The translations under genes were made by a program, and so were the position numbers. From Armatimonadota bacterium (GTDB taxonomy: Bacteria > Armatimonadota > SYMT01): a DNA stretch of 64,000 bases. The notes under the pieces are model-generated. The model searched no databases. It was not told where the DNA came from and saw only the letters and a program-made list of their open reading frames with translations. Positions 39,751-46,566 of this stretch are shown one piece after another. The stretch lies in contig JAWLHY010000002.1 in NCBI GenBank assembly GCA_041690135.1, positions 224,001-288,000 of the forward strand, in the 5' to 3' direction. How positions within the stretch are numbered: the first letter of the stretch is position 1; each line of letters starts with the position of its first letter.

Positions 39751-39826
39751 GGATCGGGAGGTTTCCGGTTTCGGCCTCCCACACCCGCGCTCTGCAGGTA
39801 TCCAGCCGTCTTTCCCGACGGGCAGG

Positions 39827-39855
39827 AGTATAGCACAGGCGCCGAGGGGGTGCAA
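39827..39855 (-). promoter_or_regulatory. Sigma70 promoter for the tRNA cluster (possibly reading into tig)
   Basis: TTGCAC-17 nt-TATACT with TG extension. Confidence 0.75.
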
Positions 39856-40080
39856 TACCCGATTTTCAGATCATTTCGAGCCACAGCGAGCGGGGCCGTG
39901 TGGGGAAGAAAAGGGGGGCCTGGAGGGGATGCCCAGGCCCCCGATACAGTCAACCGTCGCTGCTTGACCGCGCCGCGTCGGGCCCGGTCGTGGACCTATT
40001 CGACGGGAAGGGCACGGGACTAAAGTGTCGATTGCGGGTGGTTTTTCGGGGCGCGACAGGGGGTGTGGGCGGGTTGTATC

Positions 40081-40328
40081 GTGGTGCAGTACGGGATCTG
40101 CGACAGGGTGTCGAACCCGGTTGGGGTTCGCGGCAGCGGTTCGCGATGCAGTACGGGTGCGGAGGCAGGGTCCTGGTCGGGGACGGCGACGCCGACCCTA
40201 CGGTGTGCATTACGGCTACCGGGGTGCAGTACGGGTGCATGGACAAGGACCAGGTTGGGGACGGCGGCGGGGTGTTACTGCTTTGTCCCCTACCGGCTAC
40301 CGAGGCGGGCGAGACGCCCGCGCCACTG
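40081..40328 (+). repeat. Dispersed composite repeat, copy 2
   Basis: Colinear with 20550-20793; three TGCAGTACGGG cores. Confidence 0.75.
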
Positions 40329-40573
40329 CTGCCGGCTGAGGAGGTGCGGTACCGGTACGGAGGCAGTATCCTTGGCGGCGGTGGCGGGTGAAGGGCCTGC
40401 CTTGGTAGGGGAGGGGTTGTGGGGACGGGGGGGCCGGAAAATTTTGCGGTGACACGCTTTCAGGCGGGGCGTAAGAGGGAGTGGCACAGTTATGTCCTAT
40501 GCGCCGAATCGAAAATAGCAATGATCCGGTGCGCCGCCTGGGACTTCACTCTCCAGAACAAAGAGGAGACGAC

Positions 40574-40879
40574 ATGAGGCACATCCTGCTGACCCTGGCC
40601 GCCGGCCTGCTGGCCGTTTCCGCCTATGCCGCGAATGTCAAGTCCGGGCTCGAGCCCGGCAAGCGCGTGGGCGCTTTCGGCGTGGTGGATGTTTCCGGTC
40701 CCAACAAGGGCACCCAGTTCTGCTACCGCTGCAAGTTCGGCAACGCGCCGGTGGTGGCTGCCTTCATCAAGAGCGGCGCCAAGAAAACGGGCGAAGTGGT
40801 GGCCCAGTTCCCGGCCCGCAAGAACCCCGCGGATGCCGACGTGGCCGAGGTGATCGAGCGGGAGCTGGCGGCGAAGTAA
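40574..40879 (+). CDS. Short secreted redoxin-like protein, apparently internally deleted or chimeric
   Basis: AGAGGAG RBS, signal peptide, KSGLEPG..VGAF.VVDVSGPNKG.Q.CYRC.FG..PVV; the ORF then ends abruptly. Confidence 0.6.
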   Translation: MRHILLTLAAGLLAVSAYAANVKSGLEPGKRVGAFGVVDVSGPNKGTQFCYRCKFGNAPVVAAFIKSGAKKTGEVVAQFPARKNPADADVAEVIERELAAK

Positions 40880-40888
40880 GGAGATGGG

Positions 40889-41509
40889 GTGTCGGTCCTC
40901 CTGACACAATTTGCCGGGTATGAGGACGACCTGGTCCGGCTGCTGGAGACCCTGGTACGGACGGAAGAGATTACGGACACTCTCCCCTGGAGCACGGAGC
41001 TCTCCCCGCCGGACCGGGCGCGTCTGCGTCACGATCTCGCCCTGCTGCTGGCGGAGCCGGAGACGACGGGCGAACTGCTGGACTGGAGCGAGGTGGAGGA
41101 CGTCCTCGCGGAGTTTGCCGGCCTGGCGGGCTGGGACGGCCCACTCCTGGGTTCGGCGCCCCAACTATCCGCGGAGCCGGTTTACCGGATCGAGGTCCGA
41201 CGCCAGGACCTGCGACTCCTGGAGCGCGCCTCCCCCGCCGTCCGCCAGGTGGCCCAGGAGGTGCTCTCGCGCTTCCTGCCGCTCCATCCCACCGCGGGGG
41301 ACCGTCTCACCCGGGGGCAGTTCAAGCGGCTTCCGGACCGCGGTCTCTGGCAGATCGACCTCCCGGATGGATACCGGCTCCGGTTCTTCCTCGATGAGGG
41401 GGCGCGCACCGTGCACGTGGTCTACCTCGGACCCCACCCGGAGGGGGAAGTCCGGGGACGGGAGGAGCGGGTGAGGGCGGCGGTCAATCGGGTGCGCTGC
41501 GGGGGGTGA
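40889..41509 (+). CDS. Putative antitoxin-like N-domain fused to RelE-like toxin domain
   Basis: AAGGAG RBS; C-terminal YRIEV...FKRLPDRGLWQIDLPDGYRLRFFLDEGARTVHVVYLGPH fits the RelE/ParE pattern. Confidence 0.55.
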   Translation: MSVLLTQFAGYEDDLVRLLETLVRTEEITDTLPWSTELSPPDRARLRHDLALLLAEPETTGELLDWSEVEDVLAEFAGLAGWDGPLLGSAPQLSAEPVYRIEVRRQDLRLLERASPAVRQVAQEVLSRFLPLHPTAGDRLTRGQFKRLPDRGLWQIDLPDGYRLRFFLDEGARTVHVVYLGPHPEGEVRGREERVRAAVNRVRCGG

Positions 41510-41651
41510 ACTCCGGGAGCCGTTCGTAAGGGGTGTGTGGAAGTAGCAGAGCGGGTACGGTTCGGCTCGCAGAGGAAGACAAACCGGGTTTCCCTTCGCG
41601 GGGTGCGGGGAAAGGACGAGTATTCTCGTTCTCGTGAAGCAGGTTCCTCGC

Positions 41652-41837
41652 ATGTCCCAGGCTCGCACTGCCCCTCGTGTCCCGGCGCAGACCGGAAATA
41701 ACAGCACGCTTTGGCCCTTCGTCAAATCCGGGGTCGCCTTCGTGGGTCGGGTCCTGTTCTATGCCGTGATCCTCACCCTGTCGTTCTGGGTTCTGGAAGC
41801 CCACATCAACGAGGCCTTCCTGTACGAAGGCTTCTAG
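41652..41837 (+). CDS. Small single-TM protein, DltX-like
   Basis: FVGRVLFYAVILTLSFWVL...AFLYEGF. Confidence 0.5.
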   Translation: MSQARTAPRVPAQTGNNSTLWPFVKSGVAFVGRVLFYAVILTLSFWVLEAHINEAFLYEGF

Positions 41838-41920
41838 GCTGTGACTCTCGTCACTTCGCGGCCGTCCGTGCAGAGATCCCCCGGATAACATCTGTTCAGC
41901 GAGGTTTCCTCGCTAACTCG

Positions 41921-42057
41921 ACGCCTAATCCCACCAGGGAACGGGGGACCCAACCCCAGGGGCTAAGGACGCTTTCCTCCGCTTCCGCCGGAGGCCGTTC
42001 CGGGTGACTCTTCCTACCCGCGCCCGTCAGCTAACCTCGTCGGCGTGGTGTGAAGAG
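41921..42057 (+). promoter_or_regulatory. c-di-AMP (ydaO/yuaA) riboswitch
   Basis: CGCCTAATCCC..GGGAACGGGGGACCCA...GGGGCTAA...GGG.GACTCTTC..CCCG..CCCGTCAGCTAACCTCGTCGGCG..GAAGAG matches the class consensus, including the CTCTTC/GAAGAG pseudoknot. Confidence 0.9.
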
Positions 42058-42215
42058 ATCGCAGGTGCGCGCCGTGGTTTCCGGAACCCCAAGAGGCTCC
42101 GGTAGGTTTCCGGCGCCTGCCCCGCGCGCTTTCCCGCCACGCGTTCCGCGTGGCTTTTGTGTTTTCTGCAGCGCGTGCGGCAGCCTGCCCTGCCTGGCTG
42201 ATGAAAGGAACATGC

Positions 42216-43448
42216 ATGTTTAATGCTACCGAACCGGCTTCCCCCGGGTTGGTGCCGCTCCAGTCCCTGCTTCCCGCGCCCGCGTCCCCCCTCGACGGGG
42301 AGAGCGCCGTTCGCGCTTCGGTCCGCACTTCCGCTACGGTCAAGAACCGCTCCGCCATCCGCAAGGTCCGCTACATCCGCAGCGTGGACCAGATCGAGAA
42401 GATCTCGGAAGCCGATCGCGAGCTGTTGCGCGAGGTGAGCAAGAAGTATGCCTTCCGCGCCAACGATTACTACCTCAGCCTGATCGACTGGTCCGATCCC
42501 CAGGACCCGATCCGTCAGCTCATCATCCCGCGCCGGGAGGAGCTGAGCGACTGGGGCCGCCTCGACGCGTCCAACGAGGCGGCCGTTACCGTGGCCCGGG
42601 GCGTGCAGCACAAGTACCCGCACACGGTCCTGCTGCTTTGCAACGAAACCTGCGGCGCCTACTGCCGGTACTGCTTCCGCAAGCGGCTCTTCATGAACGA
42701 CAACGAGGAGGTGTCGCTCGACGTCTCGGCGGGGATCCGCTACATCGCCGCGAACCCGCAGGTGACCAACGTTCTGCTCACCGGCGGGGACCCGCTCATT
42801 CTGGCGACCCGCCGCCTCACGGAGATTCTCCGGGCGCTGCGGGAAATTCCGCACGTTCAGATCATCCGGATCGGCACCAAGATGCCGGCGTTCAACCCGT
42901 GGCGGGTGCTGGACGATCCGGACCTGCTGAACGCGGTCGAGACTTACTCCACCACGGAGAAGCGGATCTACGTCATGGCGCACTTCGACCACCCGCGGGA
43001 GTTGACCGAGCCCGCGGTGGAGGGCATCGCCGCGCTCCTCCGGGCGGGCGCCATCTGCGTGAACCAGTGCCCGCTCATCCGCGGCGTGAACGACGATGCC
43101 GAAGTACTGGCCGCGATGTTCCGGAAGCTCTCCTTCATCGGCTGCCCGCAGTATTACCTGTTCCAGGGGCGGCCGACGGCGGGAAATGAGCCGTACGAAC
43201 TGCCGATCGCGCGGGGCTACGCGCTGTTCGAGGCGGCCAAGAAGCAGGTCTCCGGACTGGCGAAGCGGGCGCGTTACTGCATGTCTCACGAGAGCGGCAA
43301 GATCGAGATCGTCGGGATGGACGCCCGCCACTTCTACCTGCGTTACCACCGGGCGAAGAACCCGGCGGACGAAGGCCGGTTTATGGTCTTCCAGCGGGAC
43401 GACGAGGCGTACTGGCTCGACGATCTGAAGCCGGTGGAGGTGAACTGA
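42216..43448 (+). CDS. KamA-family radical SAM aminomutase-like enzyme
   Basis: YYLSLID..DP.DPIRQ, HKYP, CxxxCxxC (CGAYCRYC) FRKR, TGGDPL, IRIGTK, HFDHPRE, NQCPLIRGVND, YYLFQ, SGKIEI; GAAAGGA RBS. Confidence 0.92.
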   Translation: MFNATEPASPGLVPLQSLLPAPASPLDGESAVRASVRTSATVKNRSAIRKVRYIRSVDQIEKISEADRELLREVSKKYAFRANDYYLSLIDWSDPQDPIRQLIIPRREELSDWGRLDASNEAAVTVARGVQHKYPHTVLLLCNETCGAYCRYCFRKRLFMNDNEEVSLDVSAGIRYIAANPQVTNVLLTGGDPLILATRRLTEILRALREIPHVQIIRIGTKMPAFNPWRVLDDPDLLNAVETYSTTEKRIYVMAHFDHPRELTEPAVEGIAALLRAGAICVNQCPLIRGVNDDAEVLAAMFRKLSFIGCPQYYLFQGRPTAGNEPYELPIARGYALFEAAKKQVSGLAKRARYCMSHESGKIEIVGMDARHFYLRYHRAKNPADEGRFMVFQRDDEAYWLDDLKPVEVN

Positions 43449-43451
43449 CGC

Positions 43452-44651
43452 ATGCAGAGCCACGAGCGCATCTCGGCGAAGCTGGAGAAGTTCCGCCCCT
43501 CGCTCACCCTGGCGCTCAAACAACTGGTCGAGGACCGGAAGGCCGCGGGCCTTCCGGTCTACGACTTCGGGCTGGGCGAAACGAAGGGCGAGCTGGACGA
43601 CGATATCCGGGAGGCGGGCATCCGGGCCTTCCGGGACGGCGACACGATGTACGCCAACCCGGGCGGCATTCCCGAGCTGCGCGAAGCGATTCTGGAGTGG
43701 TTGGGGCTGCAAGGCCAGTACGACCCGGAGTGCGTGGTGGTGACGGCCGGGGCGAAGCAGAGCCTGTTCAACGTTTTCCTGGCGCTCTGCAACCCGGCGG
43801 ACGGGGTACTCTTCGATGCCGCCCCGTGGGTGAGTTACCAGCCCCTGGCGGTCGCCGCCTACGCGTTCCCCGTGATGGCGCTGCCGTTCTACTCCGAGTG
43901 GCTCAAGGTCACGCCGGAGGATCTGGAGCGCAACTTCAGCACCCGGCCGCTCAAGCTGTTTCTGCTGAACAACCCCTGTAACCCCACCGCCCAGCTTTAC
44001 GACGCGGACGAACTGGAAGCGCTGCTGAGGGTCTGCGTGAAACATCGGGTCTATTTCGTCCTCGACCGCCTCTACTGGCGGATCCTGTTCGACGGGCGCG
44101 AGTACCCCGAGCCGCGGATAGATGAAGAAACGAAACCGTGGCTGATCCAGGTAGACGGGCTCTCCAAGAACTGGCGGCGCACCGGCGGCCTGCGTGTCGG
44201 CTGGTCCGTGGCGCCGCCGGACGTGGCGCGGGCCATGACCAACCTCCAGAGCCACTATACGGCGGGTCCGGCGGTGCCCACCCAGTATGCCGCCCTGGCC
44301 GCCATCAGCGGGGAGTACAACGACAGCCTCGTGCGGGAGCTGGAGGCGAAGCGCAACCTGCTGCAGGAGCACGCGCAGGGACTCCCCGGCGTGCAGGTGT
44401 GGCCCACGCCGGCGACCTTCTACTCCTTCTGGAACGTGCGGTCGCTGGTCGGCTGCCGGACCCCGGATGGGGAGCTGCTGCGGACCTCCGATGACATCGC
44501 CTCCTATCTTTGCCGGAGTGAGGGGGTGGTGACCGCGAGTGGCGGGGCCTTCCTGCAGGACGGTTATCTCCGGCTGAGTTTCGCGACCAGCGACGAACAG
44601 ATCATCGGCGGCATGGAGGCGGCGCGGAAAGCGCTGGCGGCACTCACCTGA
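43452..44651 (+). CDS. PLP-dependent aminotransferase class I/II
   Basis: GIPELREAI, TAGAKQSL, PWVSY, NNPCNPT, GLSK (PLP Lys), GLRVGW, YLRLSFA. Confidence 0.93.
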   Translation: MQSHERISAKLEKFRPSLTLALKQLVEDRKAAGLPVYDFGLGETKGELDDDIREAGIRAFRDGDTMYANPGGIPELREAILEWLGLQGQYDPECVVVTAGAKQSLFNVFLALCNPADGVLFDAAPWVSYQPLAVAAYAFPVMALPFYSEWLKVTPEDLERNFSTRPLKLFLLNNPCNPTAQLYDADELEALLRVCVKHRVYFVLDRLYWRILFDGREYPEPRIDEETKPWLIQVDGLSKNWRRTGGLRVGWSVAPPDVARAMTNLQSHYTAGPAVPTQYAALAAISGEYNDSLVRELEAKRNLLQEHAQGLPGVQVWPTPATFYSFWNVRSLVGCRTPDGELLRTSDDIASYLCRSEGVVTASGGAFLQDGYLRLSFATSDEQIIGGMEAARKALAALT

Positions 44652-45910
44652 TGAACACACGCAGTAGTCATCGCCTGCTAATCGGCATCGTGGCCGCCAT
44701 TGCGCTGGCCTTCCTGGGGATCACCCTGTTCGGCCCGCGGATGGCCGCCTTCGCCTGGATGGGGACCCTTTTCCTGAAGGCCCTGAAGATGCTGATCATC
44801 CCACTCGTGGTGTCTTCGATGGTGGTCGGTATCACCTCGCTTGGCGACGTCCGCCGCCTCGGGCGGGTGGGGCTGTTGACGCTGGGGTACTACACGGCGA
44901 CCACGGGAATCGCGGTGGGTCTTGGCATCCTGTTCGTGAACCTGATCCGCCCGGGGGCCGGCATGCCGCTGGATAACCTGGTGGTTCCGGAGCGGGTTGA
45001 GGGCAAGGAGGTGTTGGGCGCGCAGGACCTGATCCTCTCCTTCGTGTCGGACAACATCGTGAAGTCGATGGCGGAGATGGACGTCCTGCCGGTAATCGTC
45101 TTTTCGCTCCTCCTCGGCGGCATCCTGACGACGATGGAAGAGCGCGGGCGGCCGGTCATCGCCTTTTTCGAGGCCCTGAACGAGGCGGTGATGAAGATGG
45201 TCCACTTGCTGATGTACCTGGTGCCGTTCGGGGTGTTCGGGCTGGTGGCGGGGCGCTTCGCGGACACCGGGGATCTCCTGCGGGCCGCGACCGCACTGGG
45301 GAAATACATGGGCACCGTCCTCGCGGGGCTGGCGGTCCATGGCCTGGTGGTCCTCCCGCTCCTTCTGTGGCTTTTTGGTCGCCGGAGCCCGCTGCGCTAC
45401 CTGGGGAACATGGGCGCGGCTCTGCTGACCGCGTTCTCCACCGCTTCCTCTTCGGCTACCCTCCCGCTGACGATCCAGTGCGCGGAGGAGAAGAACGGGG
45501 TGTCGAAGCGGTCCGCCTACTTCGTGCTGCCGCTGGGCGCGACCGTGAATATGGACGGGACTGCCCTTTACGAGGCGGTCGCCGCCATCTTCATCGCGCA
45601 GGCGGTCGGCATGACGCTGGGGATGGAGCAGCAGGTGATCATCTTCCTCACTGCCACGCTCGCGGCCATCGGCGCGGCGGGCATACCCGAGGCCGGCCTG
45701 GTGACGATGGTGATTGTACTACGGGCCGTCGGCCTCCCGCTGGAGGGGATCGGCCTGATCCTGGCCGTGGACTGGCTGCTCGATCGCTTCCGCACCACCA
45801 TCAACGTTTGGGGCGATGCGGTCGGGGCCGCAATCGTGGACCGGGTAGCAACGGACGGCAAATGGATGCCGGCGGCCGCCCCGGAAGTGAAACCGGTGCA
45901 CTCCGGGTAG
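44651..45910 (+). CDS. Dicarboxylate/amino acid:cation symporter (DAACS, GltP/GltT-like)
   Basis: FLKALKMLIIPLV, AFSTASSSATLP, PLGATVNMDGTALY, IGAAGIP, DWLLDRFRT..NV.GD; TGATG coupling to the aminotransferase. Confidence 0.95.
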   Translation: MNTRSSHRLLIGIVAAIALAFLGITLFGPRMAAFAWMGTLFLKALKMLIIPLVVSSMVVGITSLGDVRRLGRVGLLTLGYYTATTGIAVGLGILFVNLIRPGAGMPLDNLVVPERVEGKEVLGAQDLILSFVSDNIVKSMAEMDVLPVIVFSLLLGGILTTMEERGRPVIAFFEALNEAVMKMVHLLMYLVPFGVFGLVAGRFADTGDLLRAATALGKYMGTVLAGLAVHGLVVLPLLLWLFGRRSPLRYLGNMGAALLTAFSTASSSATLPLTIQCAEEKNGVSKRSAYFVLPLGATVNMDGTALYEAVAAIFIAQAVGMTLGMEQQVIIFLTATLAAIGAAGIPEAGLVTMVIVLRAVGLPLEGIGLILAVDWLLDRFRTTINVWGDAVGAAIVDRVATDGKWMPAAAPEVKPVHSG

Positions 45911-46005
45911 TGCCTACCGCATAGGAGCTTACAAGACCTATTTTCTATCCCATGGCGCAGCGGCCAATTGGGGCCGTATTCGCCGCATTTGAAAGGAGCA
46001 GACCC

Positions 46006-46566
46006 ATAGCACGCTTCAAGAGAAGCTATCAGAGACTCCCCCAGGACCTGGGGCCGCGCAGAAACTACCGCATCCGCATTCCCGCGGTGCGCGTGATCGA
46101 CGCCGAGGGCAACCAGCTCGGCGTAATGGAGACCCGGGAAGCGCTCCAACTGGCGCAGCAGGCCGGGCTCGACCTGGTGGAAGTGGCTCCCCAAGCCCAG
46201 CCGCCCGTGTGTCGCATCCTCGACTACGGCAAACACACCTACGAGCAGGCGAAGCGCCAGCGGGAGGCGCGCCGCCAGCAGCAGGAGAGCGGCACGGTCC
46301 GCAGCGGCGGCATCAAAGGGGTCCGGATCCGCTTTGGCACGGATAGCGGAGACCTGGATTACCGCGTCAAAGACGCCCGGCGTTTCCTGGAAGAGGGCAA
46401 CAAGGTGGAGGTGACCCTCCTCTTCCGCGGGAGGGAGCGCACCCATCCCGAAATCGCGGAAGCCCAGTTGAGCCGCATCTCCGAGGCGCTGGTCGACATC
46501 GCCATGGTGGAGCAGACGCCTCGCGTTGACGGTCGCCGCATGACCATGCTCCTCGCACCGCGCTAG
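46006..46566 (+). CDS. infC: Translation initiation factor IF-3, probable ATA start
   Basis: N.RIR...VRVIDAEGNQLGVM, LDLVEVAP.A.PPVCRILDYGK, FLEEGNKV.VTL.FRGRE; GAAAGGAG lies 7 nt before the in-frame ATA at 46006. Confidence 0.93.
   Translation: MARFKRSYQRLPQDLGPRRNYRIRIPAVRVIDAEGNQLGVMETREALQLAQQAGLDLVEVAPQAQPPVCRILDYGKHTYEQAKRQREARRQQQESGTVRSGGIKGVRIRFGTDSGDLDYRVKDARRFLEEGNKVEVTLLFRGRERTHPEIAEAQLSRISEALVDIAMVEQTPRVDGRRMTMLLAPR

Noticed and set aside
40726-40735. Selenocysteine recoding in the CYRC motif
   Set aside because: Both Cys codons are TGC; there is no in-frame TGA.
42216-43448. EF-P modification enzyme EpmB or classical lysine 2,3-aminomutase
   Set aside because: No efp/epmA or ablB neighbours, and the lysine-binding Asp positions appear substituted.
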